64,000 nt of DNA, from contig NIVC01002435.1 of assembly GCA_002269645.1 (NCBI GenBank), forward strand, positions 93,664 through 157,663, read 5' to 3'. The DNA is from Macrostomum lignano (Eukaryota). A program made the position numbers and the translations under genes. The notes beneath the pieces were generated by a model. That model saw nothing but the letters and a program-made list of their open reading frames with translations. It made no database searches and was not told where the DNA came from. Shown here in pieces: positions 23,325 through 35,689 of the stretch; position 1 is the stretch's first letter, and every line of letters begins with the position of its first letter.

Positions 23325-25391
23325 TCAGGCGGCAAAGTGCAGCAGACTGACGTCGTAAGCATCGCCAGATTCATAGGCAGCCGACGCCGGCGCCGCCGAG
23401 GACAGCAGGCGATGCCGCAGGTAGGCCGTCGAGGCCGCAAACTCGGCGAGGCGTCGCGACATGCCGGGAAGTCGGGCGAGGCCGCCGCCACCGCCGCCAC
23501 CGCCGGCTCCGACGTCGTCCTCGGCGCAGCGGACTCGGGCCAGCGGGTCGGCTGGAGCGGCGAAGGCGGAGCCGCTCGGGCCCCCAGCGTGGCGACGAAC
23601 AATCTGCAGCGCCTCGATGCCGAACTCGCGCCACACCGGCGAGGGCTGCATGAGGACGAGGCGGACGGCCGCCACGCCGGTCACGGGCGCCTGCCAGTCT
23701 GGCTGGCCGAAGCGGAACTGCGCCAGGCCGCCCAGCTCGCTGTGCGGGTCCGGCATGAGGCGCCGCCTGTGCAGGCAGGTGCGCCACTCACCCGGCGAGG
23801 CCGCCGCCGCCGCCGCCGCCGCTGACCGTCGGCCGCCGGACGACGCGGATGGCGGAGGCGGCGGATGCTGCGGCTGCTGGGCGTAGCGGACCCGGATGCT
23901 GATGAAGCCGGTGTGGCAGTTGCGGAACCGGATCTCGTCGATGTCGACCCGGCCGACGCCGATGAAAGTCACCTCCTTGATGATGCAGCCTGCGGGCGAT
24001 CGGCGAGATTCTAAATGTACTTTTACTCAGTTTTCCGGTTTAGATTGACAGTGAAGTTTTGACCCAGCAAGCGCAAGTTCAGCGAGACTACTGCATGGAT
24101 GATATGAAATTTCAAGCCTATGAAATTCCCCTGCCCAGAGCTGCTGCCCAATCACAGCAGGGTGACTGCAGCTCAGAGCGTCTGCCCAATCACAGCAGTG
24201 TGAACTGCAGCTCAGAGCTGCTGCCCAATCACAGCAGGGTGAACTGCAGCTCAGAGCGTCTGCCCAATCACAGCAGGGTGAACTGCAGCCCAGAGCTGCT
24301 GCCCAATCACAGCAGTGTGAACTACAGCTCAGAGCTGCTGCCCAATCACAGCAGGGTGACTGCAGCTCAGAGCTGCTGCCCAATCACAGCAGGGTGACTG
24401 CAGCTCAGAGCTGCTGCCCAATCACAGCAGGGTGACTGCATCTCAGAGCTGCTGCCTAATCACAGCAGGGTGAACTGCAGCTCAGAGCTGCTGCCCAATC
24501 ACAGCAGGGTGACTGCAGCTCAGAGCTGCTGCCCAATCACAGCAGGGTGAACTGCAGCTCAGAGCTGCTGCCCAATCACAGCAGGGTGACTGCATCTCAG
24601 AGCTGCTGCCTAATCACAGCAGGGTGAACTGCAGCTCAGAGCTGCTGCCCAATCACAGCAGGGTGAACTGCAGCTCAGAGCTGCTGCCCAATCACAGCAG
24701 GGTGAACTGCAGCTCAGAGCTGCTGCCCAATCACAGCAGGGTGAACTGCATCTCAGAGCTGCTGCCTAATCACAGCAGGGTGAACTGCAGCTCAGAGCTG
24801 CTGCCCAATCACAGCAGGGTGAACTGCAGCTCAGAGCTGCTGCCCAATCACAGCAGGGTGAACTGCAGCTCAGAGCTGCTGCCTAATCACAGCAGGGTGA
24901 ACTGCAGCTCAGAGCTGCTGCCCAATCACAGCAGGGTGAACTGCAGCTCAGAGCTGCTGCCCAATCACAGCAGGGTGAACTGCAGCTCAGAGCTGCTGCC
25001 TAATCACAGCAGGGTGAACTGCAGCTCAGCTTCATTCGCCAGCCGCTCACTGTGGCTTCATTGAGAGAGGTGACGCTACCAGCCTCATTCACCAGCTGTG
25101 TATGCTAACCGTGGCCAACTTCGTTTAACCTGTAGCTCTAGCACCGCGCTTGTCCTCGACAATTTTTGTTCACCAGCCCATTAATTTGGAATCGAACCAA
25201 GGGACTCTGGCGAGAGAGTCGGACGCGCTCATCGCTAAGCCGCTCTCTGCCCCTTGGACAGCCGGTCAGGCAGTCAAATTAGTCTGCATCAGAAATGTCT
25301 GCATCAATCGATGCTCACCTGATGCGGTCTGCTTGACTCCCTCCAGCTGGCAGGGGTGCGGCGGACCCACGTTCAAGGGGACGATCTCGGC
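23325..25391 (-). CDS. NICN1: Nicolin-1 (tubulin polyglutamylase complex subunit), exons 25391-25319 and 23989-23325; no genomic ATG
   Basis: IRFRNCHTGFISIRVR, WRTCL...LMPDPHSE, LVLMQPSPVW..FGIEALQI and YDVSLL match nicolin-1. Phase-1 intron tcag|gtgagc...cccgcag|gc. Exon 1 (AEIVPLNVGPPHPCQLEGVKQTASG) starts at the acceptor ttgcag| with an in-frame stop just upstream. Confidence 0.9.
24135..25253 (-). mobile_element. tRNA-derived SINE carrying an expanded 39-bp minisatellite (~23 copies, 24135-25030), in the NICN1 intron
   Basis: Head ggggcagagagcggcttagcgatgagcgcgtccgactc...ggttcgattcc, with an A-box-like segment, a D-stem GCTT/GAGC and an exact B box at 25198-25188. The body runs directly into the array. 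Confidence 0.7.
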
Positions 25392-25429
25392 CTGCAATTC
25401 AATTTAAAATCCGTTTCTTACACTTTATG

Positions 25430-28400
25430 TCATATTCTGCCCTAGTCTGCCCTCTTCATCTTCTACTCTGCTCTATTCTCATTCTATTCTATTCGATTCT
25501 CATTCTATTCTGTTCCGTTCTCATTATATTCTGTTCTATTCTCATTCTACTTCTGTTCTGTTCTCATTCTATTCTGTTTTATTCTCATTCTATTCTATTC
25601 TGTTCTCATTCTATTCTGTTTTATTCTCATTCTATTCTGTTTTATTCTCATTCTATTCTATTCTGTTCTCATTCTATTCTGTTTTATTCTCATTCTATTC
25701 TGTTTTATTCTCATTCTATTCTGTTCTGTTCTCATTCTATTCTGTTTTATTCTCATTCTATTCTGTTTTATTCTCATTCTATTTTGTTCTGTTCTCATTC
25801 TATTCTGTTTTATTCTCATTCTATTCTGTTTTATTCTCATTCTATTCTGTTCTGTTCTCATTCTATTCTGTTTTATTCTCATTCTATTCTGTTTTATTCT
25901 CATTCTATTCTGTTCTGTTCTCATTCTATTCTGTTTTATTCTCATTCTATTCTGTTTTATTCTCATTCTATTCTGTTCTGTTCTCATTCTATTCTGTTTT
26001 ATTCTCATTCTATTCTGTTCTGTTTTCATTCTATTCTGTTTTATTCTCATTCTATTCTGTTCTGTTCTCATTCTATTCTGTTCTATTCTCATTCTATTCT
26101 GTTCTGTTCTCATTCTATTCTGTTTTATTCTCATTCTATTCTGTTCTGTTCTCATTCTTTTCTGTTCTATTCTCATTCTATTCTGTTCTGTTCTCATTCT
26201 ATTCTGTTCTATTCTCATTCTATTCTGTTCTGTTCTCATTCTATTCTGTTTTATTCTCATTCTATTCTGTTCTGTTCTCATTCTATTCTGTTCTATTCTC
26301 ATTCTATTCTGTTCTGTTCTCATTCTATTCTGTTTTATTCTCATTCTATTCTGTTCTGTTCTCATTCTATTCTGTTCTGTTCTCATTCTATTCTGTTTTA
26401 TTCTCATTCTATTCTGTTCTGTTCTCATTCTATTCTGTTTTATTCTCGTTCTTTTCTCATTCTATTCTCATTCTATTCTGTTCCGTTCTCATTCTATTCT
26501 GTTCTGTTCTCATTCTATTCTGTTTTATTCTCATTCTATTCTGTTCTGTTCTCATTCTATTCTGTTCTGTTCTCATTCTATTCTGTTTTATTCTCATTCT
26601 ATTCTGTTCTGTTCTCATTCTATTCTGTTTTATTCTCATTCTATTCTGTTCTGTTCTCATTCTATTCTGTTTTATTCTCATTCTATTCTGTTTTATTCTC
26701 ATTCTATTCTGTTCTGTTCTCATTCTATTCTGTTTTATTCTCATTCTATTCTGTTTATTCTCATTCTATTCTGTTCTGTTCTCATTCTATTCTGTTTTAT
26801 TCTCATTCTATTCTGTTCTGTTCTCATTCTATTCTGTTCTATTCTCATTCTATTCTGTTCTGTTCTCATTCTATTCTGTTATATTTTCGTTCTTTTCTCA
26901 TTCTATTCTCATTCTATTCTGTTCCGTTCTCATTCTATTCTGTTCTATTCTCATTTTACTTCTGTTCTATTGTGTTCTGTTCTCATTCTATTCTGTTCTA
27001 TTCTCATTCTATTCTCATTCTACTCTGTTTTATTCTCATTCTATTCTATTCTATTCTCATTCTATTCTGTTCCGTTCTCATTCTATTCTATTCTCATTCT
27101 ATTCTATTCTATTCTGTTTTGTTCTCATTCTACTTTGTTCTATTCTCATTCTATTCTGTTCTATTCTCGTTCTTTTCTGTTCTATTCTCATTCTATTCTG
27201 TTCTATTCTCATTCTACTCTGTTCTATTCTCATTCTATTCTGTTCTGTTCTCATTCTATTCTGTTCTGTTCTCATTCTATTCTGTTTTATTCTCATTCTA
27301 TTCTGTTCTGTTCTCATTCTATTCTGTTCTATTCTCATTCTATTCTGTTCTGTTCTCATTCTATTCTGTTTTATTCTCATTCTATTCTGTTCTGTTCTCA
27401 TTCTATTCTGTTCTATTCTCATTCTATTCTGTTCTGTTCTCATTCTATTCTGTTCTATTCTCATTCTATTCTGTTCTGTTCTCATTCTATTCTGTTTTAT
27501 TCTCATTCTATTCTGTTCTGTTCTCATTCTATTCTGTTCTATTCTCATTCTATTCTGTTCTGTTCTCATTCTATTCTGTTTTATTCTCATTCTATTCTGT
27601 TCTGTTCTCATTCTATTCTGTTCTGTTCTCATTCTATTCTGTTTTATTCTCATTCTATTCTGTTCTGTTCTCATTCTATTCTGTTTTATTCTCGTTCTTT
27701 TCTCATTCTATTCTCATTCTATTCTGTTCCGTTCTCATTCTATTCTGTTCTGTTCTCATTCTATTCTGTTTTATTCTCATTCTATTCTGTTCTGTTCTCA
27801 TTCTATTCTGTTCTGTTCTCATTCTATTCTGTTTTATTCTCATTCTATTCTGTTCTGTTCTCATTCTATTCTGTTTTATTCTCATTCTATTCTGTTCTGT
27901 TCTCATTCTATTCTGTTTTATTCTCATTCTATTCTGTTTTATTCTCATTCTATTCTGTTCTGTTCTCATTCTATTCTGTTTTATTCTCATTCTATTCTGT
28001 TTATTCTCATTCTATTCTGTTCTGTTCTCATTCTATTCTGTTTTATTCTCATTCTATTCTGTTCTGTTCTCATTCTATTCTGTTTTATTCTCATTCTATT
28101 CTGTTCTGTTCTCATTCTATTCTGTTCTATTCTCATTCTATTCTGTTCTGTTCTCATTCTATTCTGTTTTATTCTCGTTCTTTTCTCATTCTATTCTCAT
28201 TCTATTCTGTTCCGTTCTCATTCTATTCTGTTCTATTCTCATTTACTTCTGTTCTATTGTGTTCTGTTCTCATTCTATTCTGTTCTATTCTCATTCTATT
28301 CTCATTCTACTCTGTTTTATTCTCATTCTATTCTATTCTATTCTCATTCTATTCTGTTCCGTTCTCATTCTATTCTATTCTCATTCTATTCTATTCTATT

Positions 28401-31060
28401 CTGTTTTGTTCTCATTCTACTTTGTTCTATTCTCATTCTATTCTGTTCTATTCTCGTTCTTTTCTGTTCTATTCTCATTCTATTCTGTTCTATTCTCATT
28501 CTACTCTGTTCTATTCTCATTCTATTCTGTTCTGTTCTCATTCTATTCTGTTTTATTCTCATTCTATTCTGTTTTATTCTCATTCTATTCTGTTCTGTTC
28601 TCATTCTATTCTGTTTTATTCTCATTCTATTCTGTTTTATTCTCATTCTATTCTGTTCTGTTCTCATTCTATTCTGTTTATTCTCATTCTATTCTGTTCT
28701 GTTCTCATTCTATTCTGTTTTATTCTCATTCTATTCTGTTCTGTTCTCATTCTATTCTGTTCTATTCTCATTCTATTCTGTTCTGTTCTCATTCTATTCT
28801 GTTTTATTCTCATTCTATTCTGTTCTGTTCTCATTCTATTCTGTTCTATTCTCATTCTATTCTGTTCTATTCTCATTCTATTCTGTTCTATTCTCATTCT
28901 ATTCTGTTCTGTTCTCATTCTATTCTGTTTTATTTTCGTTCTTTTCTCATTCTATTCTCATTCTATTCTGTTCCGTTCTCATTCTATTCTGTTCTATTCT
29001 CATTTACTTCTGTTCTATTGTGTTCTGTTCTCATTCTATTCTGTTCTATTCTCATTCTATTCTCATTCTACTCTGTTTTATTCTCATTCTATTCTATTCT
29101 ATTCTCATTCTATTCTGTTCCGTTCTCATTCTATTCTATTCTCATTCTATTCTATTCTATTCTGTTTTGTTCTCATTCTACTTTGTTCTATTCTCATTCT
29201 ATTCTGTTCTATTCTCGTTCTTTTCTGTTCTATTCTCATTCTATTCTGTTCTATTCTCATTCTACTCTGTTCTATTCTCATTCTATTCTCATTCTATTCT
29301 GTTTTATTCTCATTCTATTCTATTCTATTCTCATTCTATTCTGTTCCGTTCTCATTCTATTCTATTCTCATTCTATTCTATTCTATTCTCATTCTAATTT
29401 GTTCTATTCTCATTCTATTCTGTTCTATTCTCATTCTATTCTGTTCTATTCTCGTTCTTTTCTGTTCTATTCTCATTCTATTCTGTTCTATTCTGATTCT
29501 ACTTTGTTCTATTCTCATTCTATTCTGTTTTGTTCTCATTCTACTTTGTTCTATTCTCATTCTATTCTGTTCTGTTCTCATTCTATTCTGTTCTATTCTC
29601 ATTCTACTTTGTTATATTCTCATTCTATTCTGTTCTATTCTCGTTCTATTCTGTTCCGTTCTCATTCTATTCTGTTCCGTTCTCATTCTATTCTATTCTC
29701 ATTCTATTCTATTCTATTCTGTTTTGTTCTCATTCTACTTTGTTCTATTCTCATTCTATTCTGTTCTATTCTCGTTCTTTTCTGTTCTATTCTCATTCTA
29801 TTCTGTTCTATTCTCATTCTACTTTGTTCTATTCTCATTCTATTCTGTTTTGTTCTCATTCTACTTTGTTCTATTCTCATTCTATTCTGTTCTATTCTCG
29901 TTCTTTTCTGTTTTATTCTCATTCTATTCTGTTCTATTCTCATTCTACTTTGTTCTATTCTCATTCTATTCTGTTTTGTTCTCATTCTACTTTGTTCTAT
30001 TCTGTTCTATTCTCGTTCTATTGTGTTCGATTCTCATTCTATTCTGTTCTATTCTCATTCTATTCTTATTCTATTCTGTTCCGTTCTCATTCTATTCTGT
30101 TCTATTCTCATTCTACTTCTGTTCTATTCTGTTCTGTTCTCATTCTATTCTGTTCTATTCTCATTCTATTCTCATTCTACTTCTGTTCTATTCTCATTCT
30201 ATTCTGTTTTATTCTCATTCTATTCTATTCTATTCTCATTCTATTCTGTTCCGTTCTCATTCTATTCTATTCTCATTCTATTCTATTCTATTCTCATTCT
30301 ATTCTGTTCTATTCTCATTCTACTTTGTTCTATTCTCATTCTATTCTGTTCTATTTTCGTTCTTTTCTGTTCTATTCTCATTCTATTCTGTTCTATTCTG
30401 ATTCTACTTTGTTCTATTCTCATTCTATTCTGTTTTGTTCTCATTCTACTTTGTTCTATTCTGTTCTATTCTCGTTCTATTGTGTTCGATTCTCATTCTA
30501 TTCTGTTCTATTCTCATTCTACTTTGTTCTATTCTCATTCTACTTTGTTCTATTCTCATTCTACTTTGTTCTATTCTCATTCTACTTTGTTCTATTCTCA
30601 TTCTACTTTGTTATATTCTCATTCTATTCTGTTCTATTCTCGTTCTATTCTGTTCTGTTCTCATTCTATTCTGTTTTATTCTCATTCTACTTTGTTCTAT
30701 TCTCATTATATTCTGTTCTATTCTCATTCTATTCTATTCTATTCTCATTCTATTCTGTTCTATTCTCATTCTATTCTATTCTATTCTAATTCTATTCTGT
30801 TCTATTCTCGTTCTATTGTGTTCTATTCTCATTCTATTCTGTTCTATTCTTATTTTATTCTGTTCTATTCTCATTCTACTTTGTTCTATTCTCGTTCTAT
30901 TGTGTTCTATTCTCAGTCTATTCTGTTCTACTCTCATTATATTCTGTTCTATTCTCGTTCTTATCTGTTCTATTCTCATTCTATTCTGTTCTATTCTGAT
31001 TCTATTTTGTTCTATTCTCGTTCTATTCTGTTCTATTCGTATTCTATTGTTCTATTTGCG
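25430..31060. repeat. 5.6-kb pentamer-based satellite (ttcta/ttctg/ttctc/attct) with 20/25-bp periodicity and internal block duplications
   Basis: Directly visible; explains the 1901-aa, 1143-aa and (MRIEQNR)n ORFs. Confidence 0.97.
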
Positions 31061-31337
31061 TTTATATTGCAATCATCCATCTCTAATCCACTAATTCTAT
31101 TAATACCTTGTACTACTACGGCACAATTTTAATCCCAAATATGTTCTGCAGTAGTTGACCCACGTAGAAAAAATCTAACAATAGTGCAAACTGTAAGCGA
31201 ATAAATCGCACTAAAGGACATCATGTACTTTGATAAGGACGGAATTACAAGTGCATTAAATTTAAGGCAAAAAACGAAGAACACAAATGGAAACTTTTGT
31301 TATAAAGCCTACAGTAGCACAATAAAAATCAGACACT

Positions 31338-31812
31338 GTGCAGGCTAGATTAGCAATCCACTCTGATCCCCAGCTCATCCGTGCAGGCTAGATTAGCAAT
31401 CCACTCTGATCCCCAGCTCAGCCGTGCAGGCTAGATTAGCAATCCACTCTGATCCCCAGCTCATCCGTGCAGGCTAGATTAGCAATCCAATTTGATCCCC
31501 AGCTCAGCCGTGCAGGCTAGATTAGCAATCCACTCTGATCCCCAGCTCAGCCGTGCAGGCTAGATTAGCAATCCACTCTGATCCCCAGCTCAGCCGTGCA
31601 GGCTAGATTAGCAATCCACTCTGATCCCCAGCTCATCCGTGCAGGCTAGATTAGCAATCCACTCTGATCCCCAGCTCATCCGTGCAGGCTAGATTAGCAA
31701 TCCACTCTGATCCCCAGCTCAGCCGTGCAGGCTAGATTAGCAATCCACTCTGATCCCCAGCTCAGCCGTGCAGGCTAGATTAGCAATCCACTCTGATCCC
31801 CAGCTCAGCCGT
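31338..31812. repeat. 43-bp minisatellite, ~11 copies, beginning ~17 nt after the PIH1D2 stop
   Basis: Unit gtgcaggctagattagcaatccactctgatccccagctcagcc. Confidence 0.95.
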
Positions 31813-31828
31813 GATCAGTCCAGCCGCC

Positions 31829-34800
31829 CTAGGCCGGAGGCAACGAGCCGACCACCGGCGCCCGCAGCAGCAGCTGCCGTTTCGCTCGCAGGAATCGCGC
31901 CGTGGCGTCGTCCGGGGCCACTTCGCAGGGCAGCTCGGCCTGCAGCAGCGGCGGCTTCGCGCTGTCATCGGCGTCGGCAGCGCGGCGCAGCGTCAACAGC
32001 CGGGGCTCCAGCCGGACGTCCAGCACGGCAGCTGATTCGGCGACCTGGCCGACGGAGACTCGCATGGTGAGCAGGCGCTCCACCCTGTTCACGGAGGTCG
32101 TGAGCTGCAACTGCTGCGGCTGTTGCTGATGAAGTCTTCCGCTGGGATTCTCAGGTCCGCCAAGCAGCAGCTGCGGCGATGCTGGCGAGTCGGATACGCT
32201 GAAAGAAACACGAAAGATTGCTGCTGAAGATTGTTGTGCATTATGAAGGCAGGCAGAGAAGACAGGCGCGTAGCTAAGTGCTAAGTTTTAATCATTAAGG
32301 ACAGCAAAAGAGCTGCAATACAGTCTCACTCAGGCCTCACTCAAGCCTCACCCAAGCCTCACTCAAGCCTTACCCAAAGCCTCACCCAAGCCTCACTCAA
32401 GCCTCATCCAAGCCTCATCCAAGCCTCACCCAAGCCTCACCCAAGCCTCACCCAAGACTCACCCAAGCCTCACCCAAGCCTTACCCAAGCCTTACCCAAG
32501 CCTTACCCAAGCCTCACCCAGGCCTCACGCAAGCCTCACCCAAGCCTCACTCAAGCCTCACCCAGGCCTCACCAAGGCCTCACCCAAGCCTCACCCAGGC
32601 CTCACCCAAGCCTCACCCAAGCCTCACGCAAGCCTCATCCAAGCCTCACTCAAGCCTCACCCAAGCCTCACTCAAGCCTCAAACAAGCCTCACGCAAGCC
32701 TCACCCAAGCCTCACCCAAGCCTCACGCAAGCCTCACCCAAGCCTTACCCAAGCCTCACTCAAGCCTCACGCAAGCCTCACCCAAGCCTCACGCAAGCCT
32801 CACCCAAGCCTCACCCAAGCCTCACCCAAGCCTCACCCAAGCCTCACCGAGGCCTCACCCAAGCCTCACCCAGGCCTCACCCAAGCCTCACCCAAGCCTC
32901 ACGCAAGCCTCATCCAAGCCTCACTCAAGCCTCACCCAAGCCTCACTCAAGCCTCAAACAAGCCTCACGCAAGCCTCACCCAAGCCTCACCCAAGCCTCA
33001 CGCAAGCCTCACCCAAGCCTTACCCAAGCCTCACTCAAGCCTCACGCAAGCCTCACCCAAGCCTCACGCAAGCCTCACCCAAGCCTTACCCAAGCCTCAC
33101 TCAAGCCTCACGCAAGCCTCCCCCAAGCCTCACCCAGGCAAAGGCGCCACTAGCGGTGCTGGAGTCTCATGCTGCGACTGCGTCTGGCGCTTGATCTGTG
33201 TCTGGGCCTCCACCAGCCGCTGCAGCGCCAAGTCGCCAGGCTGGTAGCCGAGGCCGCGGTGCAGCGCGGCCAGGAAGCCCGGCTCGACGAACAGCTTCTC
33301 CGACGCCGCCTGCAGAAGGTCGATGGTACCGTTGGCGTCGTCATCCTGAAGCTCGCCGGACAGCGGCCGGAGGTAGGCGCGCAGCCGCTGGGCGAGGCAG
33401 TGGCGCAACGCATGGACAACGAAGGCGCGAGCGTCGGCGTCGCGTTTCAATGCTGCAGCGGCGGAAGTCGCGGATGTCGTTGAAGACGACTCGGCGAGGC
33501 AGGCGGCTGGCAGCGCCTGTTGCAGAGTCTCGACATTGAAAGCAATCGGCAGCAGCAGGGCATCCGGCAGCTGCTGGCTCGGGAAGGGCCTGCCGACGTG
33601 GGCGCTTATGGTGGCCGAGGGGTCGGCGAGGTCGCAGCTGTGGGTGGGCGCGGCGGGTTGAATGCATATTCAAGGGTTAACCTAGGGTCACGGGTTCACC
33701 TAGGGTCACGGGTTCACCTAGGGTCACGGGTTCACCTAGGGTCACGGGTTCACCTAGGGTCACGGGTTCACCTAGGGTCACGGGTTCACCTAGGGTCACG
33801 GGTTCACCTAGGGTCACGGGTTCACCTAGGGTCACGGGTTCACCTAGGGTCACGGGTTCACCTAGGGTCACGGGTTCACCTAGGGTCACGGGTTCACCTA
33901 GGGTCACGGGTTCACCTAGGGTCACGGGTTCACCTAGGGTCACGGGTTCACCTAGGGTCACGGGTTCACCTAGGGTCACGGGTTCACCTAGGGTCACGGG
34001 TTCACCTAGGGTCACGGGATCACCTAGGGTCACGGGTTCACCTAGGGTCACGGGTTCACCTAGGGTCACGGGTTCACCTAGGGTCACGGGTTCACCTAGG
34101 GTCACGGGTTCACCTAGGGTCACGGGTTCACCTAGGGTCACGGGTTCACCTAGGGTCACGGGTTCACCTAGGGTCACGGGTTCACCTAGGGTCACGGGTT
34201 CACCTAGGGTCACGGGTTCACCTAGGGTCACGGGTTCACCTAGGGTCACGGGTTCACCTAGGGTCACGGGATCACCTAGGGTCACGGGATCACCTAGGGT
34301 CACGGGTTCACCTAGGGTCACGGGTTCACCTAGGGTCACGGGTTCACCTAGGGTCACGGGTTCACCTAGGGTCACGGGTTCACCTAGGGTCACGGGTTCA
34401 CCTAGGGTCACGGGTTCACCTAGGGTCACGGGTTCACCTAGGGTCACGGGTTCACCTAGGGTCACGGGTTCACCTAGGGTCACGGGTTCACCTAGGGTCA
34501 CGGGTTCACCTAGGGTCACGGGTTCACCTAGGGTCACGGGTTCACCTAGGGTCACGGGTTCACCTAGGGTCACGGGTTCACCTCTCACCTTTTGACGCGG
34601 CTCCAGCTCACAAACACGACGACCAGGCGGGCGGGTGCGAAGCCAGCGGGGAAGCCGACGACGGCAGTCTGGGACCCCGATGCCTCGGCCGAGGTGTCGC
34701 CGCCGTCGACGACCTTCAACTCGGCCAGGAAGCCAGACAGCAGGCTCTCCGAGTCGCCACCGGCGTCAGCGGAAGACGACGAGGCCTCGTCGGCGTCGTC

Positions 34801-34998
34801 AGCGAGAAGGCGGTGCAGCAAATGTGGCGAGGCGACGCGGACGTCGATGGCGGCGCAGAAGAGCGGCCGCGGCGGCTCCAGCATGCTGCGCCCGTCGGCC
34901 AGCTGGCGATCGATGAAGCTGCGGTAGCCGGCCGGGTCGCGGGAGGCCAGCTCGTCCAGCATCGCCCACAGCTGGGAGGCCTGGGCCTGCAGGCTCAT
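31829..34998 (-). CDS. PIH1D2: PIH1 domain-containing protein 2 (R2TP-like co-chaperone / axonemal dynein assembly), exons 34998-34589, 33637-33134, 32198-31829, 427 aa
   Basis: N-terminal QLWAMLDELASRDPAGYRSFIDRQL matches the PIH1D2 signature; PIH segment HVGRP...IAFN; C-terminal CS domain LQAELPCEVAPDDATARFLRAKRQLLLRAPV. Both introns are phase 2 and the total of 1284 nt is divisible by 3. Confidence 0.9.
32330..33133 (-). repeat. 11-bp minisatellite (gtgaggcttgg)n, ~70 copies, PIH1D2 intron 2
   Basis: The array begins at the donor and its unit reproduces G|GTGAG. Confidence 0.95.
33680..34582 (-). repeat. 18-bp minisatellite (gtgaacccgtgaccctag)n, ~50 near-identical copies, PIH1D2 intron 1
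   Basis: Directly visible; explains the (LGSRVH)n and (LGEPVT)n ORFs. Confidence 0.97.
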
Positions 34999-35689
34999 CG
35001 CTGGGCTGCGGGGCGAAGGCCAAAATTTGTATTTAAATCCAGCAATGCTAATTGAGACTACTAATAGTAGGTGAAATGCGTGCAAAAAATAACTGTAGAA
35101 TGGAACAATTCTGTACTGGAATATTCGAGTACCAAAACGAGAGAAGAAAGGCGCACACTATTTAAAGGCAGTCATTGCGCAACAGTATATTTGGTGTTAA
35201 TCGGAATGTACTGTAAATAATAGACTATTAGTAATATCATAATAATAAATACGTACATGGAATGAATCAGCAATTTACACATCTTAAAGTCACAGCCATT
35301 GGATAGCAAAATACCAGCAAAAAGCCGATGAAGTGAAGGAATTTATCGTAGCAACAAAAGTGCAAATTAAAAAACCCAAACAGCTTGAAGCTGGAAGCTG
35401 GCTAAGAGACTGTATTATTCGGGTAACAAATATGATGGGACTTGTAGAAATTTTACTTTTAATATTAAACTCAAAGATGATATGATATGATAATTTCAGA
35501 GAGCAGCAGTCAGTGAGTTCGCTGTGCGCTGAGGTGAGTTGGATCCGGTGGATCCCAGCCTCCCAGCATCAGGCAGAGTTCAAAATCAAATTAAATATAT
35601 TGTACCGACGTCTCTACCCTATTCCTGAATATTTAATCAAGTATCCTTGATTAAATATTAGACGTCATGGCAGAGACAGTCACTATCTC

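Noticed and set aside
25186-25253. Possible tRNA genes at 25253(-) and 61097(+)
   Set aside because: A/B boxes are present, but the acceptor and anticodon stems do not close and there is no poly-T terminator; treated as SINE heads.
25427-31132. 1901-aa, 1143-aa and (MRIEQNR)n ORFs
   Set aside because: Translations of a pentamer satellite that lacks stop codons; no domain content.
31338-31812. CRISPR-like appearance of the 30-43-bp arrays (also at 18600, 24135, 55300)
   Set aside because: Head-to-tail repeats without unique spacers, no cas genes, and a eukaryotic context.
33680-33720. Telomere-like TAGGG motifs in the 18-bp array
   Set aside because: Not TTAGGG tandem repeats; part of a longer unit.
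33520-35055. 511-aa (LGSRVH)n and 303-aa (LGEPVT)n ORFs
   Set aside because: An 18-bp intronic array of PIH1D2, bounded by phase-matched splice sites on the minus strand.
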